This document shows, in pieces, positions 25,866 through 36,800 of a DNA stretch of 64,000 bases; the first letter of the stretch is position 1, and the number at the start of each line of letters is the position of its first letter. The stretch is taken from positions 14,925 through 78,924 of the forward strand of contig CAZIJH010000004.1 of the NCBI GenBank assembly GCA_964539655.1, written 5' to 3'. A model generated the notes under the pieces. The model saw only the letters and a program-made list of their open reading frames with translations. It was not told where the DNA came from and did not search any database. Both the position numbers and the translations under genes were made by a program. The DNA is from an uncultured archaeon. GTDB lineage: Archaea > Aenigmatarchaeota > Aenigmatarchaeia > CG10238-14 > SCSR01.

Positions 25866-26771
25866 TTAAATTGATTTCATTGAAAACGAATACGAGTGAG
25901 ATTTCACCAATGCGCTATATGTTCTTCGCTTTTTGGAGCCGCTTATTTCGAGTTGCGACATCACCAATCCGACTTGCATCAGTTGATCCAAATAAACATT
26001 AGGTGTGTATCCGACCTCCCTTGTCAAATCTCCCAGCGTCATCGACCCGCCGGATTTCAGATGCTCGTATAACTCCTTTGCTTTCGGACTCCTGGACAGG
26101 AGCAGTCTGCCGTTCCTCATTTCACGATAATAATCCTTTTTCTCTTTGTCAAACTGCCTGTATTTGGGTGTTACCAGATATTTGACATCGTCCCCAACCG
26201 GTGTCGAACTTATCCATCCCATACCGGTAAGATCATTTATGTGTCCGGTGGGATCTATTCCCAGAAGATTTCCCAATTCGTTTAACGTGCTTACTCTTCC
26301 GTCAGATATCGCATAGAACACCCTGTCAAGGTCGGTGAGGTCATGGAGATTTTCAAAACTTCCAAAAATGTCGTCGAATGTGAATTTCTTGCGCGGGATA
26401 TTTTCAGCTCCGACTCTCTTCCTGTCAGCCGGTTCTAGCACCAGTTCGAAATCGAATTTGTGCAATTTCTGCGCGTTCTCTTCCTCGTATCCTGAATTGA
26501 GAATTCTCTGCTCGAATTCTCCGTCCGTAAGGACAGTCAGCCCATACACACCTTTTTCCGTGTAAGTCTCCAAAAATTTGGAATAGGGATAAAAGCGGTC
26601 CCCGTCCACCTTCACCATCTTTTGTTTTTGCAACCCGGAAAAATGGGAGACATTTTCCGGACTTGTGACGAGTACGTATTTCTTGCCGATTTTTTTGACT
26701 TGTCCTGCGACCTCTGCCGAAAATCTTATGACGGCGACGTTCTTTACGATTGATGACTGGGATTCCATCAT
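25866..26771 (-). CDS. hypothetical protein with a C-terminal winged-helix-like region
   Basis: 301 aa; the C-terminus SMTLGDLTREVGYTPNVYLDQLMQVGLV is HTH-like. Confidence 0.45.
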   Translation of the reverse strand: MMESQSSIVKNVAVIRFSAEVAGQVKKIGKKYVLVTSPENVSHFSGLQKQKMVKVDGDRFYPYSKFLETYTEKGVYGLTVLTDGEFEQRILNSGYEEENAQKLHKFDFELVLEPADRKRVGAENIPRKKFTFDDIFGSFENLHDLTDLDRVFYAISDGRVSTLNELGNLLGIDPTGHINDLTGMGWISSTPVGDDVKYLVTPKYRQFDKEKKDYYREMRNGRLLLSRSPKAKELYEHLKSGGSMTLGDLTREVGYTPNVYLDQLMQVGLVMSQLEISGSKKRRTYSALVKSHSYSFSMKSI

Positions 26772-26854
26772 ATGTGATAATTTCAGCGCTCAGCTTTAAT
26801 AATGGATGATGCCATGAAAAATTGATTATATTCTCGAAAAATTATATTCAATTT

Positions 26855-27559
26855 ATGGCAAGCTCCAATTTCTTGCTGGAAGTCAGCAATTTGAGCGTTA
26901 AACTGAAAGACGAGGTCATTTTAGACAAAATCAGCTTCAAGGCGAGAAAGGGATCGACGACCGCGATAGTCGGCCCGAACGGCGCAGGCAAGACAACTCT
27001 TTTCAAGGCTCTTTTGAATCTTGTTCCGTACAGCGGAAAAATAAAATGGCACAAGAAAATAAAGATCGGGTACGTTCCGCAAAATCTTTCGGTCAGCGAC
27101 ATGCCAATTTCTGTGAAAGAATTTTTGCTGCTTAAAAACTGTTCTACCGATGACATGGAAGAATGCCTTAGCCGTGTGGGGCTGGAAGGCGAAGAAATAA
27201 TTGACAAAAGATTGGACTCGTTGTCCGGAGGAGAGCTGCAGAAAGTTTTGATTGCATGGGCCATCTCGGACAAACCTGACCTGCTTCTTTTTGACGAGCC
27301 CACTACCGGAGTCGATGTGGGAAGCGAGGAACTGATTTACGAGATGCTGGCGAAGCTCGAGAAAGAAACTAAGATGACAATGTTACTGATAACGCACAAC
27401 GTTCATTCGATAAAATATTATTCGGATTACGTGCTCGCGCTCGACAAGTCAGTTTTGTTTTTCGGAGAATCGAAGAAGATAACCGAGCCGCATCTGATAA
27501 AGGCAGTTTACGGGAGCCATTCCTTGTTCGACGAGCACAGCCACGAGGACGATCGGTAA
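26855..27559 (+). CDS. metal (Zn/Mn-type) ABC transporter ATP-binding protein
   Basis: Walker A GPNGAGKTT, signature LSGGELQK, Walker B LLLFDEPTTGVD. Similar to ZnuC/MntB. Confidence 0.85.
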   Translation: MASSNFLLEVSNLSVKLKDEVILDKISFKARKGSTTAIVGPNGAGKTTLFKALLNLVPYSGKIKWHKKIKIGYVPQNLSVSDMPISVKEFLLLKNCSTDDMEECLSRVGLEGEEIIDKRLDSLSGGELQKVLIAWAISDKPDLLLFDEPTTGVDVGSEELIYEMLAKLEKETKMTMLLITHNVHSIKYYSDYVLALDKSVLFFGESKKITEPHLIKAVYGSHSLFDEHSHEDDR

Positions 27560-28342
27560 ATGATAGACAACCTTACGATTAGCCTTCTGGCGGGAGCTTT
27601 CTTCGGTCTTGCCGCAGGATATCTCGGCTCACTGATGGTCCTCAAGAAAATGGCGCTCGTCGGTGACGCACTTTCCCATGTAGCGCTGCCGGGACTCGCG
27701 CTTGGAATAATTTTCAACTTCAATCCGTTCGTGGGCGCGTTCGTTTTCCTGCTCGCCGCCGCTCTCGCAACCGGGTACCTCCAGAATCTGACAAAACTAT
27801 CGTTCGATACGATAATTGGAATATTTTTTACTTTCTCGCTTTCGATTGGTATTCTTATAATGCCGGAAGCCGAGCTTCTCGAGTCGCTATTCGGAGACAT
27901 TGCTGGCATTAACTTGCTCGACGCGGCAATCGCAGTTTCATTTTCAATTGTTGCAATAATTCTGACAAAAATTTTCTACAAGAAAATTGTGCTCGGCACG
28001 ATTTCGGAGGACCTTGCGGCTTCGACTGGAATAAACACGAAAAGGGCTAACATAACGTATCTGTTGCTCGTCTCGCTTCTCGTCGCGATCGGAATAAAAT
28101 TCATCGGCGCGCTGCTCGTCGGAGCTCTTGTCATAATTCCTGCCGCCGCCGCGAAGATAGTGAGCTCGAGCCAGAAAATGTACGCCGTCTTGAGTTCTCT
28201 ATTCGGAGCTGCTAGCATAATCCTTGGAATTTTGTCGTCCAGCTATCTTAATCTGCCGGCTGGACCGCTCGCTATAGCCGCGGGAATCGGAATTTTCGTC
28301 ATTTCCGTAATCGTTGGAAGCATGCCGAAAAGCAAGGATTAA
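27560..28342 (+). CDS. metal ABC transporter permease (ABC-3 family)
   Basis: 260 aa with 7-8 TM helices and ABC-3 (ZnuB/MntC-like) architecture. The start is adjacent to the ATPase stop. Confidence 0.8.
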   Translation: MIDNLTISLLAGAFFGLAAGYLGSLMVLKKMALVGDALSHVALPGLALGIIFNFNPFVGAFVFLLAAALATGYLQNLTKLSFDTIIGIFFTFSLSIGILIMPEAELLESLFGDIAGINLLDAAIAVSFSIVAIILTKIFYKKIVLGTISEDLAASTGINTKRANITYLLLVSLLVAIGIKFIGALLVGALVIIPAAAAKIVSSSQKMYAVLSSLFGAASIILGILSSSYLNLPAGPLAIAAGIGIFVISVIVGSMPKSKD

Positions 28343-28375
28343 TAATCCAATTGGAAATTAGTTTAAGGACCAAGT

Positions 28376-29242
28376 ATGGAAAGGAAATTTTTCACTGACA
28401 TTTTTTCAGAAACGGAATCAAACGTGATAACGTTCGGCGTTCCGATAGGAAGGAAATCCAGGCAGTCTTTGTCTTCTATCCGCAACGTGAGCTGGTTCAT
28501 CGAACCTTTCGACATCGACAAGAAAAAAAATCTTATGGAAAATGTCAAAATTTTCGACAAAGGGGATATTGAAATTAAAAATTACGGCGAGATGGAAAAA
28601 GTTTCGGAAGCCGTGCGCGACATTGCGGGCAAAAATAAAATCCCGTTTGCGATCGGAGGCGGTCATCTCTTATCGTACTATACTGCAAAAGAGATGCCGA
28701 AAGATGCAAAGATCATTGTGTTCGACTGTCACGCGGACATGAAAGACGACTACATGGACGAAAAAATGGTTGATTTGGATTTCATTTCGGATGGCGCCGA
28801 GCTCAGTCCGAAGATGAACGACTCGGTTTGGTGCAGGCGGTTGAGCGAGAAAATCAATCCGGAAAATATTTTCCTGATCGGGCTGAGAACTTTTGACGAG
28901 GACGATTTGAAATACATGGAGGAGAAGAAAATTCATTTCGTGACTGCGTCCGACCTGAAGAAAAACATAAACGAAGTGAGGACCGCTCTCTGGAAATTCA
29001 CGGAAAATTCGAACGTTCACATCTCGCTTGACATGGATGTTTTTGATCCGTCGATCGCTCCTGCTGTCGATCATCCTGAACCGGGAGGGCTCACGTTCAG
29101 GGAATTCCAGAATCTTTTGCAGGACGTCAACGGAAAGATTGTCGGCATAGACTTATGCTGCCTGAAGCCGATTCCCGAAAACGAGGTTACCGAATTCTTG
29201 GCCGTACGTTCGGTTTTGGAAATCATGGGATTGGTCAAGTAA
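28376..29242 (+). CDS. arginase-family ureohydrolase (agmatinase-like)
   Basis: GGGHLLSY, DCHADMKDD and SLDMDVFDPSIAPAVDHPEPGGLT are arginase-family Mn-binding motifs. Confidence 0.75.
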   Translation: MERKFFTDIFSETESNVITFGVPIGRKSRQSLSSIRNVSWFIEPFDIDKKKNLMENVKIFDKGDIEIKNYGEMEKVSEAVRDIAGKNKIPFAIGGGHLLSYYTAKEMPKDAKIIVFDCHADMKDDYMDEKMVDLDFISDGAELSPKMNDSVWCRRLSEKINPENIFLIGLRTFDEDDLKYMEEKKIHFVTASDLKKNINEVRTALWKFTENSNVHISLDMDVFDPSIAPAVDHPEPGGLTFREFQNLLQDVNGKIVGIDLCCLKPIPENEVTEFLAVRSVLEIMGLVK

Positions 29243-29310
29243 TTGAGTATTCAGGAATGAAGTATCTTCTGCCAGACAAAAATTAGTAATAAATTTGGTC
29301 ATAAAATTAA

Positions 29311-29318
29311 GCGGGGGT
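29311..29318 (+). repeat. 8-nt copy (gcgggggt) of the 5' end of the downstream tRNA-Leu
   Basis: Identical to 30041-30048. Together they flank the ~720-bp LAGLIDADG gene segment. Confidence 0.4.
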
Positions 29319-29356
29319 ATAACAATTTAAATAATAAAAAAATAATAATAAACAAT

Positions 29357-30037
29357 ATGAATTTTCAAAAAACTGCAGAACTTGCAGAATTTGTGGCTGA
29401 CATTACCGGTGATGGTCATTTGCAATTTAATGAACATCGAGGAAATATTCAATTTACTTCAAAAAATCTATTTTCAATTAAAAATTTTAGAAAACTTTGT
29501 AAAAATTTGTTTGATACCGATACAAAATTAATGAAAATAAAGAAAGACGGCAAATCATTTACGCTTCGATATAGAACATATTTTTCTTCTTTTGCAATTG
29601 CTAGTGAATTAGTAAAATTAGGAGTTCCATTTGGGAACAAAACGAACAAAATTTTTAGTATACCCAATTGGATTTTGAAAGGAAATTCAGAACTCAAGAA
29701 AGCATATTTACGCGCATTCTATACTTGTGAAGGATCAGTTTATTGTACTAAAAATAAAGATAAACTGAGATGGAGGATAGAATTAGAACAATATAAAAAT
29801 GAAAAATTAAAACATAGAGGGAAAATTTTTATGAACCAGATAAAACATTTACTTGGAGATTTTGATGTTATAACATCACCAGTCAGATTTGGAAAGAAAC
29901 AGAAAAGAAAAGACGGATCATCTTCAATTGCATTGAAAATTGATATCGAAAAGTCATCATTTGAAAAATTTGCTAATAACATAGGGTTTAACGATAAGTT
30001 TAAGACTCAAAAATTACTAACTGCAATTGCAGAATAA
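29357..30037 (+). CDS. LAGLIDADG homing endonuclease, free-standing (paralogue of 20062..21009)
   Basis: Motifs VADITGDGHLQ and AFYTCEGSVY. The stop is 3 nt before tRNA-Leu. Confidence 0.7.
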   Translation: MNFQKTAELAEFVADITGDGHLQFNEHRGNIQFTSKNLFSIKNFRKLCKNLFDTDTKLMKIKKDGKSFTLRYRTYFSSFAIASELVKLGVPFGNKTNKIFSIPNWILKGNSELKKAYLRAFYTCEGSVYCTKNKDKLRWRIELEQYKNEKLKHRGKIFMNQIKHLLGDFDVITSPVRFGKKQKRKDGSSSIALKIDIEKSSFEKFANNIGFNDKFKTQKLLTAIAE

Positions 30038-30040
30038 TAT

Positions 30041-30126
30041 GCGGGGGTCAGATAGCCCGGTCAATTCTGCTGGCTTGAGGTGCCAGTCCTTTAGTAGGTA
30101 CGCGAGTTCGAATCTCGCCCCCCGCA
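30041..30126 (+). tRNA. tRNA-Leu (anticodon GAG), long variable arm
   Basis: GCGGGGG...CTGGC-TTGAGGT-GCCAG, a 14-nt variable arm, T-arm GCGAG-TTCGAAT-CTCGC, and acceptor CCCCCGC+A. Confidence 0.8.
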
Positions 30127-30144
30127 CTCTTATTTTCCGAAAAT

Positions 30145-30870
30145 CTAATGTTGCAAAACCTGCTCCCATGGGACATAGTTGAAATTCAGTTTCACAAACG
30201 AGCTTGATTTCTCGTCGAACATGTAGTGTATCAGCGAGCAGTTTTTGATGTATGTGTGATCGTTGTTAAACATTTCGACTGGAATATTTTCTATTTGTTT
30301 TACAAAAAGTTCGATTGGTTTGAGATGACTTACAAACAATAAATTTTTCCCTGCATATTTCGGAAATATTTCATTTGTGAAATTGAGAATTCTGATGCCA
30401 ACTTCTTCTGGGCTTTCGCTTTTTTCCCCAGGAGGTTTGTGCTTGTATCTGCCGATCTCTTTCTTTTTTGCCAAATGTTCTGGATACCTTTTTTCTATTC
30501 CCTTGTCGGTGAGTCTCTGCCATTCCCCGAATTCCCTTTCGCGCAATCTTTTGTCGAAAGATGTTTCTGGCATTGCGCATCCCAATTCGTACAATTGGCC
30601 AAGTATTATCTGCATCGTGTCGCGCGTCCTGCGATAAGGCGAACAAAAAATCGCATCAATTGGCGGGAATTTTTCTGCAATGTATCTGCCGGTAATTTGG
30701 GCCTGAGATTTTCCAATATCCGTCAAGCCAACCATTTCGTCTTCCTTGGCTATCTCAATTTCTTCCAGTCCAAGCTCTCTTGCCCTCATCCTTGCCTGGT
30801 TACCTTCCGAAAAGGCATGCCTTACTAGCAAAAGATTTTTCGGGCACGTGTTAGAATCTGACATATACAA
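30145..30870 (-). CDS. histidine phosphatase family protein (phosphoglycerate-mutase-like)
   Basis: LVRHAFSEGN (RHG catalytic motif) and RRTRDT. Confidence 0.7.
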   Translation of the reverse strand: MYMSDSNTCPKNLLLVRHAFSEGNQARMRARELGLEEIEIAKEDEMVGLTDIGKSQAQITGRYIAEKFPPIDAIFCSPYRRTRDTMQIILGQLYELGCAMPETSFDKRLREREFGEWQRLTDKGIEKRYPEHLAKKKEIGRYKHKPPGEKSESPEEVGIRILNFTNEIFPKYAGKNLLFVSHLKPIELFVKQIENIPVEMFNNDHTYIKNCSLIHYMFDEKSSSFVKLNFNYVPWEQVLQH

Positions 30871-30927
30871 TTAAGGATAGGATGAAAAAATTTAACTGGT
30901 TTATGGTTGCTCGAAATTTGAGCCGGT

Positions 30928-31485
30928 CTAGATTGATACGAAATTTATTTCGCATCTTGACATCTTCGAATAGAAATCAAGCTCGGGCTTCCTCTGCTTC
31001 CATGTCTGGAAAATGTTGTCAAGTCCTAGCCATATTGTGAACCATCCAGCTGGCTCGAGTAAAATGAAAAGGAGCCGCGAGACAAATCCCCATAATTCTG
31101 ACAGGCTGTCTACGAAAGTTGCACCTAGGCTGACCATAATTCCTATGGCAACAAAAATTATTCCGTTTTTCCTGATGTCCGAAATTTCTTTGTTCACCGC
31201 TTCGAAATGTTTCTTGAAATGAGCATGCAGTCTTTTCTTGATTGTGTTCTCCTGTTCGGCACTTCGCTTGCTTGCTGGTATCAGTAGTCTGAGTTCTATA
31301 TTGTCTGGATCCTTGTCCTTAGCCGCCTTCTTCGCTTCGAGAAGAAAATCATCGGAAAGCGATCTCACGGAATACGGCCTCGGGTCGAAGTCGGAAAATA
31401 TGTCGTCGTAATTGTCGAGCCAAAGGCTGATTTCTGATATTTGTAAAAGTTTTTGTTTTCCTGAAGAGGTTTGCTTTTCAGCCAT
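30928..31485 (-). CDS. hypothetical membrane protein
   Basis: 185 aa with C-terminal TM helices. Confidence 0.4.
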   Translation of the reverse strand: MAEKQTSSGKQKLLQISEISLWLDNYDDIFSDFDPRPYSVRSLSDDFLLEAKKAAKDKDPDNIELRLLIPASKRSAEQENTIKKRLHAHFKKHFEAVNKEISDIRKNGIIFVAIGIMVSLGATFVDSLSELWGFVSRLLFILLEPAGWFTIWLGLDNIFQTWKQRKPELDFYSKMSRCEINFVSI

Positions 31486-31519
31486 GAAAATTATTCGTGA
31501 AAATATGTCTTATAAGTTG

Positions 31520-32359
31520 TCATTTAAGAACTAACCCGATCACGTTCGAAATTTCTTTGACTTCCGAAACCTGTAATCCGGCTACATCTACATCCTGCCC
31601 CACCGGAACCAGAAAATTGGTCGCACCGTAGATGCGCGCAGCCTCGGCCTTTCCCTGAACACTGCCTACTTTTCCTATGCTTCCGTCATTTTCTATCGTC
31701 CCCGTCATCAAAACTTTTGTGTTCATCGTCTTGTTCTGCAGCGCGCCGATAAGAGTTATCGTTATCGCGGCTCCCGCTGAGGGCCCGTCGATCGCTACAA
31801 TCTCGTTGAGATCGTTTTTGAAAGTAACCTCGGTGTCCTTAGTCCCCAAATTGAATCCCGTGAAATCCTGCGCAACTGTCGCTGCCGTCCTTATTGATTG
31901 CTGCGCTCCCTCCAACATGTCAACGTTCCTTATGTTCGCTGAAATGGCTCCCGTGCCTTTTCTGATTTTTACTTCGAGCGGGATCACAACTCCCGTCCCG
32001 TCGGATTTCACGCCGACCGCATAATAACTTTTGATTATTGGAGTCAGCTCGGAGATTTCGCTTTCCGCAAGACCAAGCCTGTCGCTCAGGTCGACAATTA
32101 TCGTCTCCTTGCTCTTTACCGTGTTTCTTAGTCCGGAATTTTCGGACTGTATCGTGTCTATCTGGCCTTCCTTGACCTTGATGTCCAGATTCTTTTCGGC
32201 GATCACGGAATCAAGCGAATCGATTTTTTGATTTTTCGAATCGATCGTCAGGTACGAATAGATAGACAACGATATTACAGCTATCAGCAAAACATACACG
32301 AATTTTCCAGAACTTTTTTCCTGACCACCGTAATTTCTTGTAGCCGGCCTTGCTCCCAT
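31520..32359 (-). CDS. membrane-anchored Lon-type (S16) protease domain protein
   Basis: N-terminal TM, coiled-coil, and the C-terminal Lon proteolytic motif DGPSAGAAITITLIGAL. Confidence 0.7.
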   Translation of the reverse strand: MGARPATRNYGGQEKSSGKFVYVLLIAVISLSIYSYLTIDSKNQKIDSLDSVIAEKNLDIKVKEGQIDTIQSENSGLRNTVKSKETIIVDLSDRLGLAESEISELTPIIKSYYAVGVKSDGTGVVIPLEVKIRKGTGAISANIRNVDMLEGAQQSIRTAATVAQDFTGFNLGTKDTEVTFKNDLNEIVAIDGPSAGAAITITLIGALQNKTMNTKVLMTGTIENDGSIGKVGSVQGKAEAARIYGATNFLVPVGQDVDVAGLQVSEVKEISNVIGLVLK

Positions 32360-32461
32360 TCATTGATATTGTGTTTACAATAAAATAAAAATCAGCCTGT
32401 GCAAATTTGTCACGACGAATGTGGCATAGATTTTTAAGTCATGCGAGCGATAAGGTAGATT

Positions 32462-32716
32462 ATGGAAAAGAAGCTAATCGGGAAAATATCGGACTATCTC
32501 TCAAAAATCGGAGTCGCAATAGTGGAGCTTTCTGACACGCTTTCGGTCGGTGACAGCATCTCGATAGAAGGCACGGCTACGAACGTTCAGCAGACGGTTA
32601 ATAGCATTCAGATCGAACACGAGTCGGTCGATAGCGCAGAGAAGGGGTCTTCGGTCGGACTCAAAGTCGACAATGTTGTGAAACGCGGCGACAACGTCTA
32701 CAAAATTTCCGAGTAA
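32462..32716 (+). CDS. small beta-barrel protein (EF-Tu/IF2 domain-II-like), function unknown
   Basis: 84 aa with a GDSISIEG...GSSVGLKVDNVVKRGDNVY pattern. Confidence 0.4.
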   Translation: MEKKLIGKISDYLSKIGVAIVELSDTLSVGDSISIEGTATNVQQTVNSIQIEHESVDSAEKGSSVGLKVDNVVKRGDNVYKISE

Positions 32717-32742
32717 AATATTTAAAATCCGTAACAGCATAT

Positions 32743-33078
32743 TTGGATATGGCTGAAATTCCTTACAGTGATTTCGAAAGGTTGGAATTGAGAGTTGGAC
32801 AAATAATTTCTGCGGAAGATTTAGTGGATTCTGAAAAACTTGTCAGGCTTCAGGTGGATTTTGGTGACGAGAAGAGACAGGCTATTGCTGGAATTAAAAA
32901 GCATTTCACTCCGGAAAATCTTGTCGGGAAAAAATTTGTTTTTGTGACGAACCTGGAGAAAAGGAAAATAATGGGCGAGGAATCGCAGTGCATGGTGCTC
33001 GCCGCGACTGACGACGAAGGCAAGATGGCCTTGCTCGAGCCTTCCGAAGATGTTAAGATCGGAGCGAGGATAAGATAG
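32743..33078 (+). CDS. tRNA-binding domain protein (Trbp111/CsaA/MetRS C-terminal-like)
   Basis: LELRVGQIISAE...LVRLQVDFGDE...VTNLEKRKIMGEESQCMVLAA is typical of the OB-fold tRNA-binding domain. Confidence 0.7.
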   Translation: MDMAEIPYSDFERLELRVGQIISAEDLVDSEKLVRLQVDFGDEKRQAIAGIKKHFTPENLVGKKFVFVTNLEKRKIMGEESQCMVLAATDDEGKMALLEPSEDVKIGARIR

Positions 33079-33158
33079 GGAATAAAATTGTTTCGAAAAT
33101 GATAAAACCTTCCTGAAAACCAAGCATAAATAATATTTCGCACATAGGTAACTGTGCT

Positions 33159-33632
33159 GTGAAAAACAAGATTAAAAATTTTCTCGGTAATTTGAAAAAT
33201 CCTCACGTCCAGCTCGTGGCGATACCTCTGGGGCTCGAGACGTACAACAAACTTTTCGACAGGGTCTTTTTCGAGAAGCTCGACAGCGTCGCATTGACCG
33301 CGCATTTTTCGATTTCGTACGGCGCGGCAAAACTTATCCACGACTATCTGAAAAAATCGGACCGCCTGAAAAAATACGGCCTGATAAGGAGATGCGTGGA
33401 AAATCCGTATTCGAGGCTTGCGATAACTTCCGCGATAGTCATAGGCGGAGGGCTGTCGAAAGAACTGATGTACGACGAAATATTCACGACGAACGATGTC
33501 GCGGCGGACTTGCTCGGGTTCGGATTTTTCCTCAAGAACGAGATTAAGGACGCGTACAACCACAGGAACACCGAACATTTTATGCTGAAAGCCGACCGTC
33601 TGAAACTGCCGAGTTACCCCAAATCAGTCTGA
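33159..33632 (+). CDS. hypothetical protein
   Basis: 157-aa ORF. Confidence 0.4.
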   Translation: MKNKIKNFLGNLKNPHVQLVAIPLGLETYNKLFDRVFFEKLDSVALTAHFSISYGAAKLIHDYLKKSDRLKKYGLIRRCVENPYSRLAITSAIVIGGGLSKELMYDEIFTTNDVAADLLGFGFFLKNEIKDAYNHRNTEHFMLKADRLKLPSYPKSV

Positions 33633-33708
33633 GATCTGAATTCGGAATTCTAGCATGTCACCCAATAGATTTAACTGATTAACAGAGAAATTTTAAAAGA
33701 ACCGTATC

Positions 33709-33782
<74 letters not shown>

Positions 33783-33838
33783 TTTCCGTCACTCCAGTGA
33801 CAGGGAAAATTCTTCTTGGTTACCGGCAATGAATCCGA

Positions 33839-36800
33839 GTGGAGACAGCTAAAATATGCCTGGCTCTTCTTTTTATTTTCGTGATTTTGCCGAAACCTGG
33901 CCTGGGTGCGAATCCTGTTCCTTCGCCGATGGATAGTCTGTTCGGAAAAAATCTTTACAAGGCGATCATCCATGTCAACGCGGCCGACAAGGGCGAGATC
34001 AGCGCGTACTATCACAAGAATTTCGCCGGGTACGGCGACAACGGTTTCGACGCAGTCTTTTTCACTCTAGACGACAACCTGATGAATATAACAAGCGAGG
34101 AGCCGTACAACGGCGGATTCGAATCATTCACTTCATGGTCGTCAAAGGAGTCCACCGTTCCCGGCGAATATGTCGGAGAGAAAAGTTCGGCAAAATATCT
34201 GAGAGGCGGCAATTCTTTGCACGCGTCCGCGAAAGTTTCCGGCGAGAATTTCGGATACGCAGGCGCGTACCAGGACATGCTCTGGCAGGTTTCGGCCGTC
34301 GCGGCGGACTTGAATTTCAACTTCTCGATCTACCCTGTCGCGATGGATAACAAGACCGAATTTCCTGATTCGCTGTTTGCCGTAGAGTTCGGTTTCAATT
34401 ACTACAATTCGAGGAACTACACGCCGAAGATGGTGCTGCTTTTCCAGGAAAATTCTTCCGAGACATTTTCGGACGGGTCGCCATTCTCAAACGACTTCGA
34501 CACGGTCTACCACGTGATGAATCCGCAGGACCAATTGAAATTCAACTTGTGGAACACCTTCAGCCTGAACCTCACTGATTTGATTGTAAATTATTACGGA
34601 AGCGAAAAGGCTCTCAACCTGAAGATCAACAACATCGGGATATACGCGTACAGCCGCAACGGCGCCGATTCCGAATTTTATGCCGACGTCGTGAAGCTTT
34701 CCGGCAACAACGCAGTCCAAGAGACTTTTTCAACGCTGACGGGCTCGATAAAAAATTACGACAGCCAGGAGCTGAGGATGGTTCCGGGAGAGAGACTGGA
34801 AATGCAGAACGTCATGCTGTATCTCAACAAACAAGATTATTTCCAGAAGGCGGGATACGGAGTCGACAACACAAGGAAAACAATCAAAATGGCGCATGAC
34901 GACGGAGGCTATCTTTTTGTTTCAAAGCCTGACAGCAGCGCAGAATACAGGACAAACATGTTCGAAAACCTTTGGCCGGTCGACGGGATGGCCGTGTACT
35001 TTTCAAGAAACATGGGACGCGAAGGCTTCGCAACCGACATCTGGGATTATTATCTTACGAACGGAATTTTTGCGCAGGGGATTGCCGAAGCCCATCCGAT
35101 GTACGTCAGCGACGCGGAATCGTACGCGAAATGGCTGCCCGCGCAGTACGTGTATGCAGATGACAATTCTCCGGAGAGCATAGTCGAGGCTCTGGCGCAG
35201 GGAAGGAGCTTCGTGGAGCGCAACAGGGCGAAGGTTCCAATGATGATTTTTTTCTCCGCAGAAAACAGCCAAGTTCCTGCGGGAAAATTCCCCGTCTACG
35301 TCGACTCGAGCAGGGACGAAGCCGTCCTCGATATAGAGCTGACAAATATTCCGCCCGAGGCGAAAATTCTTAGGCTGATAAGAAACGGTACTTTTTTGTC
35401 AGACGAGCCCATATCCGGAACTTCTTTCAGCAAAACATACACGCCGTCGCTGCCGGACAAATCTAATTATTTCAGGATCGAGATTTTGAATTCGTCGAGC
35501 GTCATGGCGTTCAGCAATCCGATAGTGTACATAAAGAAAAACATTGATCCGGATATCTGGATGGCTCTCGCCCCCTCTCTCCAGCAGGGATCCGCGAGTT
35601 CGTCGATAGAATCCATAAGTTATTCCGGAAAAAATCTCAGCTTCGTTGTGAAATCCAAGCGGGACGTTTCAGTCACCACGAAAATATTTTCCGAAAAGCC
35701 TCCGTCAGAGGTGATGAATGCGGAGAGCTGGGACTACGATCCTGCCGCGAAAATAGTTAGAGTCGAGACTGCTGGAAAAAATTCCGACAAAACAATTGTT
35801 TCTTTTGACAGTAAGCACAATCGTGCGCCGACATGGAAGGACAATTCGACTTCTCCGCTGAATCCTACGTTCTATTTTGCAAATGCGGAATACAACTTCC
35901 GTATATCGTGGGAAGACGATGACGGAATCGGCGAAGTCGTTTTTGAACTGAACGGGGCTAATTTTACCGTTGAAGGGAACGGAGATTATTCCTTTGCCGC
36001 GAAAGATTTGGCTGCTGGGAATTATGAGTACAGATGGTATGCAAGAGACGCAATGGGGATGTGGAATTACACTCCGATCCAGAATTACGAGATTAAAAAA
36101 TCTCCGATAAATTTGGTCACGCTGTTCCTGAACGGCTTGGCAAATTCCGATGCGACAACGTACGAATCGGAAATAAACGCGACGGCAATTTCACAGTCTG
36201 GCAAACCTTTCCTGTGGCGCGACGGGAAAAATGTGGGAAATCCCGAAATTGAAAATCTTCCTGCCGGAAAATATTTGTACAAGGCAAATGCAAGTGGAAA
36301 TGAAAATTACAGTTCTAACCACGATGGGGTTTCTTTCTACTTTACGATTGACAAAGATTTCACGGACACCGATCCGCCGAAACTGAACTCTCATTCGATC
36401 GAAGCCTTTATGGAAGGCGGAAAAGTTTTTGTGAATGTCACTGCTTTTTGGTCGGACAATTTGGAGATAAGCGAAAATTTGATCGAGGAAAATTTTACGG
36501 GAATTGTCCGAAATACTACGATGGAAAACCAATTTGTCCAACCAGTAGACCAAGGCGAATTTCTGTTCAGACTGCTGGCGAACGACACGTCCAACAATTT
36601 TAATGCGACCGATTTCACCGCAGCGGTAGTCGACATCCAGGCCGGAAAAGTTTTCGTCAATTTCAGCGGGTTCGGAGGGGACATAACTTACGAATTCGTT
36701 ACGAAAAATCAGACGGAGCCTGAAAATAAAAATACGACTTCCTATTTCCAAATTTTGTCCGACGGAAAAATCCTAAATGCGACGGTGATTATCGAAAGTT

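Noticed and set aside
32850-33578. 242-aa minus-strand ORF overlapping the tRNA-binding protein gene and ORF 33159..33632
   Set aside because: It overlaps two plus-strand genes, one with a clear tRNA-binding-domain signature. It is Arg-rich and shows no motifs.
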